From assembly GCA_028826165.1 (NCBI GenBank), contig JAPDFW010000147.1:124001-188000 (forward strand): a stretch of DNA of 64,000 nt. The letters are read 5' to 3'. The stretch comes from Anaeramoeba ignava BMAN. Taxonomy: Eukaryota; Protista; Anaeramoebae. Shown one piece after another: positions 1-13,629 of this stretch (the first letter of the stretch is position 1; every line of letters starts with the position of its first letter). The notes beneath the pieces are model-generated. The model worked only from the letters and a program-made list of their open reading frames with translations, was not told the DNA's origin and did not search any database. The translations under genes and the position numbers were made by a program.

Positions 1-222
1 ATTCAATTCAAATTCAATTCAATTTCAAATTCAAATTCAATTCAAATTCAATTAAAATTCAATTTCAAATTCAATTCAAATTTAATTCAATTTTAAAAAA
101 TTTAATTCAAATTCAATTCAAATTCAATTCAAATTTTAAAAAATTCAATTCAAATTCAATTCAAATTTAATTCAAATTCAATTCAAATTTTTATTAAAAT
201 TCAAATTTTAAAATATTAAAAG

Positions 223-863
223 ATTAGAAGACCATTAAGATCAAAACATGATAAAGTCGCAAATAAATGTGTTTCTAAATATGATCATTGGTGTCCATGG
301 ACTTATTCTCCAATAGGAATTAATACTGAAGCTTATCTATTTTTCTTCCTATTTTTGGTAGTTTTTTCAACACTAAACTTTTATTTTTATGCTTTCAAAT
401 GTAAATATCAAAAGAGAAAGAAAAAAAATAAAATTTACATCTCATTTTCGATTATTTAGATCTTTCAATTAGTGAGCAAATTCCTCCTTTTAAATCAATC
501 TTTAAATTTATATTAGCATTTTATCAAAAAGAAAAATGGTTATTTTTCATCTTTACAATGAATATCGCTTTTCTTTATTTTGAAGTTACATTATTAATTG
601 AAAGAATAATTCACATTGCAAAAAATTTGACAATAAATGAAACACTTAATTTATATAAATATCGATATTTTTTTGATTCAAATGGTTTATTCTCAAATCC
701 TTTTGATTTAGGTTATCGATTGAATACTCTCCAGTTTTTCAAATTTTCTAATCAAGTAAATTGGAGTCAAATGAAAAAACTTAGTGATATTCCAGTTCAT
801 TGCAGAAATCCAAAAAGATCATTTGAAACTGATTCAAGAAATATTCTTAATAAACAAATATGA
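223..863 (+). CDS. DHHC-family S-palmitoyltransferase (Akr1/ZDHHC13-17-like), 3' part; exons 223-400 and 460-863
   Basis: Manual translation IRRPLRSKHDKVANKCVSKYDHWCPW...; TTxE-like NLTINE and PaCCT-like NPFDLGYRLNTLQFF motifs; GT-AG intron 401-459 keeps frame; 1-222 is a repeat-filled intron ending in AG. Confidence 0.85.
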
Positions 864-1004
864 TTTTCTTTTTTTCTTTTTAAAGATTTTTTTTTACAAA
901 ATTAAAGGAAATTAAATTTTTATTTCTTTTTTAATTTTTTAATTTAATTTAAAAAAAAGTGGATCAAAAATTATCTTCTTTTTCTTTTTTTTTTTTTTTC
1001 TTTC

Positions 1005-4000
1005 TTAAAAATCTGAAATTTGTTTAACTTTTTTTCCTTTATCATTTTTTTTCGGTTTTTTCTTTTTAACTGAGGATTTACTTTTTCTGAATTTTTGGAA
1101 AAATTTTCCCATTCTTTTTTTCTTTTTTTTTTCAGGAACTTTTGGAAGAATAGCTTCAAGTTTTTTAATCATTGAAGAAACGGTTTCGAAATGAGTTTGA
1201 TCTATTGAACCATTAACAATATCATCCAAAAGGAAAGTCAATCCAGGAATTAAAAACTCAGCAATTTTCTCATGAGTTAAGGAAATTCCACTGAAAGAAC
1301 CAAAAGCAGAAATCAAATTGTGGAACATTTTTTGTTTTTGAGTTTTGTTCTGATTGCAAAAATTTTCTCGAGCCAAATACAACAATTTAGGAAGAATATA
1401 ATCATCACGAACACGAGGATCTGTTTTTGGCAAAATATCTACAAAGACCTGCACAATTTTGGATCTAATTTGGAAGGAGTCTTGAGGAAGAGTATCTATT
1501 TTTTTTGAGTCTGTTTCAAAATGTTCATGTTCAGAATCATCTTCATTTGCCAGATCAATATCTTGGTCTTTTTGGGTTGAAATATCTGATTCCATTCCCG
1601 ATTTGATATCACTTTCTTCAGCGTCGATGAGGTCGAAGAAATCGTCGAGTTGAACTGTTACTTTATCAATCAAAACATCATCGCCTATATTTTGCAAAAT
1701 ATTTCCAAAAGCTTCAATAACAACAAATCGGACCGATATATCTTGGTCTTTTGAAAGCGATATCAAGGCTGGAATAACGGTCGAGTTTATGAGCTGGAGA
1801 TTCAAAATTGAAATGAATTTTTTGAACATGCTTGCGACTCCTGCTTTCACTTTTGGAGATAAATGGACCAATAAATCTTGGAAAACGGAAATGATGCTTG
1901 ATTGCAATTCCGTTATTTGTGCCTGTTTTTGTGTCTGTTCTTGTTCTTCATAATTCACATATCCCTCGTCGTATTCTTTCACATTGAATCGTTTTGCTGC
2001 TTGATTTGTTGTTTTTGTTTTTGGATCATGTTCGTTTTCTTCTTTTTTGATTGTTTGATTGGATGTTGTTTGCAATTTGAATTTGTTTTTATCAAAGAAA
2101 GAGAAAACCAAATCTTGGAAAAGTGGGAGTTGACTCAATTTCCATCCGTTTTCCTCCAAACAAATATCCAAAAAGAACTTGTGAATTTTTGTGATGAATT
2201 CTGATTTTTTGCGAATTATTAAAAACGAATGAAACAAGGGAAACAAAAGATTTGCTCTTTTCATTTCCATTTCAAAAACGCCTGCCTTTTTGCGATATCT
2301 ACTCATTTGTGATTGGAGTTTTTTCTTGAAGAAATTTGTTGTGAAGGTTTCTCCAAAAATGATTAAAATTCTTGTAATTAATTGAGACATTTGAAACAAG
2401 ATGTTTGAATCATAAAAATTAATTTTAGTCACAATTTCAACTGATTTTTTTAAAAGAGTGTTTATGATCCATGAGAATTCTTTCCATTGAGTAAAATCTG
2501 CTTTTGGGTTTTGGATTTGATTTAAAAATTGTTTGTGGAGTTTGCTTAAAATTGTTGAATCCTCAATCAAAGATGAAGCGATTACTTTCATTTGTGAATA
2601 AATATTTTGATGGTAAGGAAGGAGTTGATTTATATCGAAATCTAGAATTAAATTTTGATTTTGATTTTGATTTTCATTTTCATTTAAATTTTCATTTTGA
2701 TTTTCATTTTCATTTAAATTTCCATTTTGAACTTCTTTAAAAAAAGGTGAATAAATCAACACAGAGACATACATAAAAGGAACAAGATTCGATAATAAAT
2801 TTATAGTTCTTTCTATTCTCATCGATGTTATTGGTTCAAATACTTGCATTTTTTGTGAGATATTTGGGATTTGAGCCAAAATTTTCTTCCCATTTTTTAA
2901 TAAAACATCAATTTGTGAAATGAAATATTGCGACAGATTTGAACAAATATATCCATAAGAAAGACTCCATCTTCCCAATTTAGGAGCCAGTTTCCTGATT
3001 GCTGAATCAAAAACAATAGATTCTTGATCAAAAAGCAAGCGAGAAGCTAATTGGAAAATTTGTTTAAATTTATCATCATTTTCAAAAGTGAGAATTAATT
3101 CTCCCAAATTTTTTGCAACTTCAGAACGAACAAAGGGACTTTTATCATCAACAAGCTGTTGCAAAATACTAAGAATAAGGGAAGAGCGTAATTCCGGTTT
3201 ACAAAAATCAGCCAATTCACCGCAAAATTGGGCAACTAATATTCTTCTTTCTGGATATTTATGAGTAATTTGTTCCCAACATTGCGGCAATAATTCTTCC
3301 TCCACTTTATCATATCCTATTCTGCTTGCCAAGGCAAGACATCCATCCATTATAACTCTGCGCTGATTTTTGTCTGGTTTCTTGATTAAATTAAACAATA
3401 ATCCTGTTAATGAATCCCGCACTTTCAAATCGGGATGTTGCAATATTGTCGGTAAAATTAACGGAAGAAGTTCTTCCCTTTTGTTGATTAATACATTTGG
3501 TACTACAAATGGTATTGTTTCGGCAACAATATTCACCATTGATTGCTCGGAATCATCAAGATAGGCAATTTTTGTGATCCGATTTTTCAGTAGTTTTGAA
3601 TTTGGTTCTTTTTTTTCTTTTTCTATAATTTCAGTTATTCGGCTTGTTTTTGTGCTAAATATTGATGGTTTTTGATTTTCTTTTAATTTTTCAACTTGAT
3701 TTTCTTTTAAATTTTCATTTTCATTTTTATTTTCATTTTGATTTTCATTTTCATTTTGATTTTCATTTTCATTTTGATTTTCATTTTCATTTTGATTTTC
3801 ATTTTCATTTTCGTTTTCGTTTTCATTTTTATTTTTATTTTGATTTTCATTTTCATTTTCGTTTTCATTTTTATTTTCATTTTCATTTTCAATTAAATTT
3901 TCAATTTCATTTTCATTTTTATTTTCAATTTCATTTTTGGGTTCAATTTGTTTGTGTTCTTTTTTATCAAATTCTTTTTTCTTTGAATTTAGATTTTCAA

Positions 4001-5849
4001 TTTCATGCATTTTTATTGATAATTTTGTTTGCATATTTTTAAGTTTGATTTCCATTTCTTCATTTTGTTTTATTAATAAAAGGGATTGTTCTTCAAGTGA
4101 TTGTTTGCTATTTTTTTCAGTTTGAAATTCTTCTTTGACTTGATTTAATTCCATTATTTTCTCACTTAATGATTTTTTTAAATGGTTCATTTCAAGAGGA
4201 ATTTGAATTGAAGCTTTATAATATCGGAATATTTCAGGAAGAGAAACTAAGTTATTTGAATCAAGACCAGCAGATTCAAGGTCATCTAAATTTTGAGTAA
4301 CTTCATCTGACATTGTGATTGCAGTTAATCTATATTTCATTTCCATTAAGTATCTTTTTTTTTTTAACAAAAAAAGAATTTAAATTAATTTTAAAATAAA
4401 TATTAAATTTAAATATTAAAATAAATATTAAATTAAATATTAAATTAAATTTTAAAATAAATATTAAAATAAATATTAAAATAAATATTAAAATAAATAT
4501 TAAAATAAATATTAAAATAAATATTAATATAAATATTAAAATAAATATTAAAATTAATATTAAAATAAATATTAAATTAAATATTAAAATAAATATTAAA
4601 ATAAATATTAAATTAAATATTAAATTAAATATTAAAATAAATATTGAAATAAATATTAAAATAAATATTAAATTAAATATTAAATATTAAAATAAATATT
4701 AAAATAAATATTAAAATAAATATTAAAATAAATATTAAATTAAATTTGAAATAAATATTAAAATAAATTTTAAAATAAATATTAAAATAAATATTAAATT
4801 TTAAAATAAATATTAAAATAAATATTAAAATTAATATTAAAATAAATATTAAATTAAATTTTTAAAATAAATATTAAAATAAATATTAAATTAAATATTA
4901 AAATAAATATTAAAAATAAATAAATATTAAAAATAAATATTAAAATAAATATTAAAATAAATATTAAAATAAATATTAAAATAAATATTAAAATAAATAT
5001 TAAAATAAATATTAAATAATAAATATTAAAATAAATATTAAAATAAATATTAAAATAAATATTAAAATAAATATTAAAATAAATATTAAAATAAATATTA
5101 AAATAAATATTAAAATAAATATTAAAATAAATATTAAAATAAATTTTAAAATAAATATTATAATAAATATTATAATAAATTTTAAAATAAATATTAAATT
5201 AAATATTAAATTAAATATTAAAATAAATTTTAAAATAAAAATAAATTTATACTGCTTAATTAAACAATTTAATGCTTTTTGTTCATGCAATTTTGTTTCT
5301 TCAGAAATTTCATTTTCATTCATAAAAAATTCATTTTGTTCTTGATTATTAATTTGATTATTATCAATATTAATATGAAGTTCTTTATTTTCAGATAAAT
5401 TTGGAAGATTTGAAGTGATAAAATGAGAATTTTCCAAAGAAGATAAATTAGAAATAATTTTTTCATTTTCACGAATTGTTTGTTGAGCTCTAACTAAATC
5501 AGACCTTAAACTAGTAAGAGTTTTTTTCATTTCATTTTCATTAGATTTTGAAAGTCTTAATTCTCTTTCCAAAAGAATATTTTTTTCTTTTAATTCTTGA
5601 ATGTTTGATTCTTCAATTTCATCATCACTTTGAATTCTATAATTTGAAATATCTGATGAGTATGAATCATCTAAATTAATTTTTGCTTCTTTTTGTTGAT
5701 TTTCTTTTTGTTTGATTTTCTTTTTGTTTAAAAAAATTGTTTAATATTTCAATTTCTTCTCCATTTTCTTTTGCTTCTGTATATAATTCAAGTGAAGACA
5801 AAAGATATTTTTTTTCAAGTAAAAATTTTGCAATTTGATTCAAATCCAT
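1005..5849 (-). CDS. RELCH: RELCH/KIAA1468-like LisH domain and HEAT repeat protein; exons 5849-5253 (apparent +1 frameshift near 5712) and 4353-1005
   Basis: N-terminal LisH (MDLNQIAKFLLEKKYLLSSLELYTE); second LisH across the splice (LIKQYLMEMKYRLTAITMSDE); conserved HEAT segments KREELLPLI, LFNLIKKPD..QRRVIMDGC, ELLPQCWEQITHKYPERRILVA. Confidence 0.8.
4355..5252. repeat. Intronic 12-nt tandem repeat (AAAATAAATATT)n
   Basis: Visible periodicity filling the RELCH intron. Confidence 0.9.
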
Positions 5850-5901
5850 TTTAATTAAAAAGAAAGAAAAAAAATGAAAAAAAAAAAAGAAAAAGAAAAA
5901 A

Positions 5902-7378
5902 TCAATTTTGAGGATCATTAATTCCATCATTATAAATTCCAAACATAGCTTCAGCTTCAGGTAAACAAGGAGAATCATAAATTTTACAAATTCTTGTTTC
6001 ACCTTTTCCTTTTCTTAGATATAATCTAGTAGTAGAAGCATGTGCCATAATATTACCACCTATTGGTTTTTTTGGATCAGAAACAAATAAAGAAGCTCCA
6101 TCAACTTGAGCAACAACTTGATTTGTATAAACAACTGCTATTGAGAATTCTGTTGCTAAATTTGAAACATTTCTTAAGAATTTTGCAAGTTTCATTTGTC
6201 TTTCTGATAATTCTCCTCTTCCTGAAAAATCTGTTCTGTATAATCCAGTTGATGAATCAATAACTAATAAAGAGAATTTATTTTCTGACATTAAAGCAGC
6301 AGCTTGAACTAATAATTGGTTTTGACTAATTAAATTAAATATTCAAATAAATATTAAATTAAATATTAAATCAAATATTAAATATTAAATATTAAATATT
6401 AAATATTAAATATTAAATATTAAATATTAAATATTAAATATTAAATATCAAATATTAAATATTAAATATTAAATATTAAATATCAAATCAAATTAAATAT
6501 TAAAATAAATATTAAATAATAAATATTAAAATAAATATTAAATAATATATATTAAATATTAAATCAAATATTAAATATTAAATATTAAATTAAATAATAA
6601 ATATTAAATATTAAATATTAAAATAAATATTAAAAATAAATATTAAATATTAAATATTAAATTAAATATTAAATTAAATATTATTTACTGTTCACTATTA
6701 TGTGCTCTTGCTACTGCTATGTTTTCAAGTACATCATTTGGATCAAGATTAAATCTTTCTGCAATAGGAACTAATCTTTCAGGTCTAAAAGTACCTTCAG
6801 TATCAATAAGCATAGCTTTTCCTTCACCACCACCTTGATTTGAAGGTAATTGACAAGTAACACATAAAGTATGACATAATTGAGTCTAAAAAATAAAAAA
6901 TAAAAAATAAAAAAAAAATAAAAAATAAATAAAAAAGAAAAAAAATTTTTTATTTTTAGGGACTTACTTTTCCTGTTCTAAATTCTCCAAAAATTTCAGT
7001 TGTTGAACAAGTTTCAATTCCACCACCAAGAAGTTTATCAAGCTCTTTAGAACCAGTTGTAATTTTTACTACTTTTTGTCTCTGTTTAAAAGCAAGAGTA
7101 GCAGTTGTAAAACCCATTGGAACTAATTTTTGAGCAACTGCTAAAATCTTTTCTGCTTTGTTTTCTGAAATTCCTTTTACAGCTACTAGTTGTTTTATTG
7201 TTGAATATGCTACTCCTTCTACACTGTGAAATCCTCCTTCTAATAGTTTCTTTACATCTGCTGTTGCTATTCCATTTGATTCTAATTCACTTATTGGCAT
7301 TGGTCCTTCTAATCCATCACTTTCTACTTCTTCTTGTTCTTGTGTTTCTTTTTTTGATTTTCTTTTTGATTTTGACAT
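5902..7378 (-). CDS. RAD51: DNA repair recombinase RAD51; exons 7378-6968, 6885-6689, 6325-5902
   Basis: HhH N-domain; GEFRTGK|[14 protein letters not shown] Walker A; LLVIDS Walker B; [43 protein letters not shown]; GT-AG introns keep frame. Confidence 0.97.
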
Positions 7379-7500
7379 TGTTTTTTTTAATTTGTTTTTT
7401 TTAATTTAAAAAAAAAAATGAAAAATAATTTTTTTTTTTACAATCCTTTTATAGTGTTTGAAAAAAACAAAATAATGACTAATTTTTACTCTAAAACAAA

Positions 7501-7880
7501 TTTATCATTTTAAAATAAAAATTTAAATCTATTTTAAATAAAATATTACTTATAAAATTATTATAAATATTAAATTTAAATTAATTTAATGTATTATTAT
7601 TAATTAATATTATTTAATTTTATTATTATTTTATTAATTAATATTTTTTATCATTTTAAAATAAATATTTAAATCTATTTTAAATAAAATATTACTTATA
7701 AAATTATTATAAATATTAAATTTAAATTAATTTAATGTATTATTATTAATTAATATTAATTTAATTTTATTATTATTTTATTAATTAATATTTTTATCAT
7801 TTTAAAATAAATATTTAAATCTATTTTAAATATAATATTACTTATAAAATTATTATAAATATTAATTTAAAATTAATTTA
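7501..7880. repeat. ~146-bp tandem repeat (about 2.5 copies) between RAD51 and the BTB-TLDc gene
   Basis: TTTATCATTTTAAAATAAA recurs at ~7501, ~7647 and ~7793. Confidence 0.75.
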
Positions 7881-8475
7881 ATGTTTAAAATAATAATTTA
7901 ATGTTTTAGATTTAAATATTTTATTATTTAAATATTTAACATATAAATATAAAAATGGGAATAGATTTAATTTAATATTTAATTTATAAATTAATTTAAA
8001 AATATAATTTAATATTTAATTTTATTATTAAAATAATAATTTAATGTTTTAGATTTAAATATTTTATTATTTAAAAATATTTTGAAAATTGATTTTTGAA
8101 ATTAAAATTTTATCTTTTTGAATTAAATTGAATTAATATTAATTTGGAAATTTGTTTTTAAATTTAAATTTATTAATAATTTTTAAATTCCAAAAAAAAT
8201 TAAATTAAAAATTAAATTAAAATAATTTTCCTTTTTTTTTAATAATAAAAATTAATAATAAATAATAATAATTTATTAATAAATTAATTTAAAATAATAA
8301 ATTAAAAAGAAAATTAAATTAATTATTAATTTAAATTTATTCTTATTTTTTATATTTTTATTTATTTTCAAAATCCACTTTTTTTTATTCATTTTTTTTA
8401 TTTAAATTTTTTTTTTCATTTTTTTCCTTTTTTTTTTAAAAACACAAAAACACAAAAACAAAAACACAAAACAAA

Positions 8476-11400
8476 ATGGATAATAATAATGATAATAACC
8501 AAATTGAAAATGCAAATCAAAATGAAAATGAAAATGAAATGAAAAATTTAGAAAAAAAAGTAACAAAAAATTTAATTAAAGATTATTCAAACCTTTTAAA
8601 TGGAAATTCATTTAAAGATTTTTCAATTTTTGTTGAGAATAAATCAAATCCTTTTGAAATTAAAGTTCATAAATCAATTTTATCTTCAAGATCTCCTTTT
8701 TTTAATGAATCATTAAGGCAAGAATCTCTTTCTATTTCTTTAAATCAATTTAATAAAAAAGAAATGGAATCAATTTTGAGTTATATTTATTATGGAAATA
8801 TTTCTTTTGAGAATCAAGAAAATCTTATTCAATTATTAGAAATTTCAATTTATTTTAAATTAAATTTATTGAAAGAAATTATTCAAAAAAAAATTTCAAA
8901 TTCAATTAATTATTCAAATTTTTTCCAATTTTTATTCCAAAATCGAAATTTAAATTCAAATGAAATTGAAATAAAATGTTTTGAATTAATAAATCAAAAT
9001 TTTTCCCAAATTCAGAATAATGAAAATTTATTCAATTTAACTAAAGAAGAAATTATCAAATTTATTCAATTTAAACAAGAAAAAAAAGAAATTTTTCAAT
9101 TTGATTTTTTTCAATTTTTAAATAATTGGATTGAAAAAAGAGTTAAAACATTAAATTTAAAGAAATATGAACACAAAATGAATGCAAAGAAAAGATTATT
9201 TCATTCTTTTTTTTCATTATTTGATAAAGATTCAATTTCAAAACAAGATTTTGATAAATTAAAACAATTTGATATTTTTCCTAAATCTTTTTTAATTCAT
9301 TTTGAAAGAACTATTTTTGAAATTCAAGATCAAGAAAAAGATAAGAAAATCAAAGAAAATGAAAAGAAAATTAAAAGAAGAGATAAAAGAATCAAATTAT
9401 TTGAATCTGAAAATGAAAATCAAAAACAGGAAAATGAAAAGAAAGAAAAGAAAATTAAATCATTTGAATCTGAAAATCAAAATTTAAAACAAGAAAATCA
9501 AAAGAAAGAAAAAGATATTCAAAATCTAAAATCTGAAAATGAAAAGAAAATTAAATCATTTGAATCTGAAACTCAAAATTTGAAACAAGAAAATCAAAAG
9601 AAAGAAAAAGATATTCAAAATTTGAAACAAGAAAATGAAAAGAAAGATAAGATTATCAAACAAAAAGATGAAGAAATTCAAAATATTAAATTATCATTTG
9701 AAAAAGAAATTCAAAATCAAAAAGAAGAATCAAAACAAAATGAAAATAAATTATTGAAGATTTTTTCAGATTCAGAAATTGTGAAAGATAAAGAATATGT
9801 TAAGAAATTACAAGAATGGATAAATGATAATGATTTTTTTTCTAAAATGAAAAAAGGATTTTCAGCAAAAAATGATGGATTTAATTCTCAAAATTGGCAT
9901 AAAACAGTTGATGATAAAGGAAAAACATTAGTTATTATCAAAACAAAAGATAATTTTATTTTTGGAGGATTTACTCGAGTTGGATGGACAAACGATAAAT
10001 CAAAATGGAGTGAAGAGCGTGGAAATTGGGGATGGATTAAAGATGAAAATGCATTTATTTTTTCATTAAGAAATGATAAAGGAGATAGAAAACCAGAACA
10101 ATTTACAATTAAACAAGGAGAAGAAAAATATGCAATTGAATATGATTTAAGTGATGGTCCAACTTTTGGAGGTAAAAATAATAATATTATTATTATTTCA
10201 ATTTAAAATAAAATTAATTTTAAAATAAATTATTATTAATTATTATTAAAATTTTTTCCAATTTTTATTAAAATAAATTTAAATAATTTATGAATTTGAA
10301 ATAAATAATTATTATTATAATTAATATTAAAATTAAAAATAATCCAAAAAATTAAGAATAATGAAAATTTATTTATTTTTAATTTAAAATAAAATTAATT
10401 TTAAATTTAATTATTATTAATTATTAATTAAAATTAATTATTTATCTTTATTAAAATAATTTTAAATAATTTATATTTAATAAATATTTATTATTATAAT
10501 TAAAATTAAATTAATAAATAATCCAAAAATATTAATATAATAAATAATATTATTATTTTAATTTAAAATAAAATTAATTTTTAAATTAAATTATTATTAA
10601 TTATTATTAAAATTAATTATTTATTTTTATTAAAAATAGATTGTAAATAATTTATATTTAATAAATATTTATTATTATAATTAAAATTAAATTAATAAAT
10701 AATCCAAAATATTAATATAATAAATAATAAATTATTATTTCAATTTAAAATAAAAATCAATTTTTAAAATAAATTATTATTAATTATTATTAAAAATTAA
10801 TTATTTATTTTTATTAAAATAGGTGGTAAATAAATTATATTTAATAAAAAGAAAGAAAAAACAATTAAAATTAAATTGAAAATAAATAATCAAAAAAAAA
10901 ATAAAAGAAAATAAAAAATAAATTATTTTAATTTAAAATAAAAAACAAAATTAAAAGAAATTAAAAAGAAAAATTAAATCATTTGAATTTGAAAATCAAA
11001 ATTTGAAACAGGAAAAACAAAAAGAAATAAAAAATTAAAATTAAAATTAAAATTAAAAAATAAATAATCCAAAATATTAATATAATAAAAATTTTAATTT
11101 TAAAAGAAAATTAAAAGAAAATTAAATCATTTGAATCTGAAAATCAAAATTTAAAACAAGAAAATCAAAAGAAAGAAAAAGATATTCAAAATCTCAAATC
11201 TGAAAATGAAAATCTCAAATCTGAAAATCAAAATCAAAAACAGGAAAATCAAAAGAAAGAAAAGAAAATCAAATTATTTGAATCTGAAAATCAAAATTTG
11301 AAACAGGAAAATCAAAAGAAAGAAAAAGAAAATCAAAATTTAAAAAAAGAAAATCAAAATCTCAAATCTGAAAATCAAAATCAAAAACAGGAAAATCAAA

Positions 11401-13427
11401 AGAAAGAAAAGAAAATTAAATTATTTGAATCTGAAAATCAAAAACAGGAAAATCAAAAGAAAGAAAAGAAAATTAAATCATTTGAATCTGAAAATCAAAA
11501 TTTGAAACAGGAAAATCAAAAGAAAGAAAAGAAAATTAAATTATTTGAATCTGAAAATCAAAAACAGGAAAATCAAAAGAAAGAAAAGAAAATTAAATCA
11601 TTTGAATCTGAAAATCAAAAACAGGAAAATCAAAAGAAAGAAAAGAAAATTAAATTATTTGAATCTGAAAATCAAAAACAGGAAAATCAAAAGAAAGAAA
11701 AGAAAATTAAATTATTTGAATCTGAAACTCAAAATTTGAAACAGGAAAATCAAAAGAAAGAAAAAGAAAATCAAAATCAAAAACAAGAAAATCAAAAGAA
11801 AAAAATTAAATTAAAATTAAAAAATTAAATTATTTGAATCTGAAAATCAAAAACAGGAAAACTTTAAAAGAAAAAAGAAAATCAAATTATTTGAATCTGA
11901 AAATCAAAAACAGGAAAATCAAAAGAAAGAAAAGAAAATTAAATTATTTGAATCTGAAACTCAAAATTTGAAACAGGAAAATCAAAAGAAAGAAAAAGAA
12001 AATCAAAATTTAAAACAAGAAAATCAAAATCTCAAATCTGAAATTCAAAATCAAAAAGAAGAATCAAATCAAAAGAAAGAAAAGAAAATTAAATCATTTG
12101 AATCTGAAAATGAAAATCAAAAACAGGAAAATCAAAAGAAAGAAAAGAAAATTAAATTATTTGAATCTGAAAATCAAAATTTAAAACAAGAAAATCAAAA
12201 GAAAGAAAAAGATATTCAAAATCTAAAATCAGAAAATGAAAACCAAAAACAAGAAAATGAAAAGAAAGATAAGATTCTCAAACAAAAAGATGAAGAAATT
12301 CAAAATATTAAATTATCATTTGAAAAAGAAATTCAAAAAGAAGAATCAAAACAAAATGAAAATAAATTGTTGAAGATTTTTTCAAATTCAGAAATTGTGA
12401 AAGATAAAGAATATGTTAAGAAATTACAAGAATGGATAAATGATAATGATTTTTTTTCTAAAATGAAAAAAGGATTTTCAGCAAAAAATGATGGATTTAA
12501 TTCTCAAAATTGGCATAAAGCAGTTGATGATAAAGGAAAAACATTAGTTATTATCAAAACAAAAGATAATTTTATTTTTGGAGGTTTTACTAAAGTTGGA
12601 TGGACAAATGATAAATCAAAATGGAGTGAAGAGCATGATGGAGGAAATTATGGATATATTAAAGATGAAAATGCATTTATTTTTTCATTAAGAAATGATA
12701 AAGGAGATAGAATACCAGAAAAGTTTATAATTAAACAAGGAAAAGAAGAATATGCAATTGAATATGATTTAAAAGATGGTCCAACTTTTGGAAGTAAAAA
12801 TAATAATAATATTATTAATTTAATTTAAAATAAAATTAATTTTAAATTAAATTATTATTAATTATTATTAAAATTAATTATTTATTTTTATTAAAATAGA
12901 TAGTAAATAATTTATATTTAATAAATATTTATTATTATAATTAAAATTAAATTAATAAATAATCTAAAATATTAATATAATAAATAATATTATTATTTAA
13001 ATTTAAAATAAAATCAATTTTAAATTAAATTATTATTAATTATTATTTAAATTAATTATTTTATTTTTATTAAAATAGATAGTAAATAATTTTATATTTA
13101 ATAAATATTTATTATTATAATTAAAATTAAATTAATAAATAATACAAAATATTAATATAATAAATAATATTATTATTTCAATTTAAAATAAAATTAATTT
13201 TAAAATAAATTATTATTAATTATTATTAAAATTAAATATTTATATTTATTAAAATATTTATAGGTGATATTTATTTAAATTCTGAATTACAAAGTGGTCA
13301 ATCATATTTTGGAAATAGTTATAATCTACCTAATGGAATTACTTATAAAACAAATGAAGCTAAAAGTTATTTAGCTGGTTCTTATAATAAATGGGTTGTT
13401 GATGAACTTGAAACTTATTTCATTTAA
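8476..13427 (+). CDS. BTB/POZ - coiled-coil repeat - TLDc protein locus. Exon 8476-10171; a second headless coiled-coil + TLDc segment at ~11110-12793; one terminal exon 13264-13427
   Basis: BTB (DFSIFVE..IKVHKSILSSRSPFF); ESENQNLKQENQKKEK repeats; TLDc (GFSAKNDGFNSQNWHK..DKGKTLVIIKT..IFGGFT..GPTFG); terminal exon NSYNLP..SYLAGSYNKWVVDELETYFI; phase-1 donors at 10172 and 12794. Confidence 0.8.
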
Positions 13428-13629
13428 AAACTATTTTTCATTTTTTTTTCAAAATTCAATTTTATTTTCTTTTACTTTTAATCAAATTAAATTCTTCAAA
13501 TCAATAAATAAGAAACAAATTTAATTTTAAACAATTTAATTTTAATTTAAAAATATGATTAAAAATTTAATTAATAAATTTTGAAAATTGAAAATAAAAA
13601 TTAATTATAATTAAAATTGGAATAATAAA

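Noticed and set aside
5902-7378. DMC1 assignment
   Set aside because: [23 protein letters not shown] and RKGKGETR fit RAD51 better
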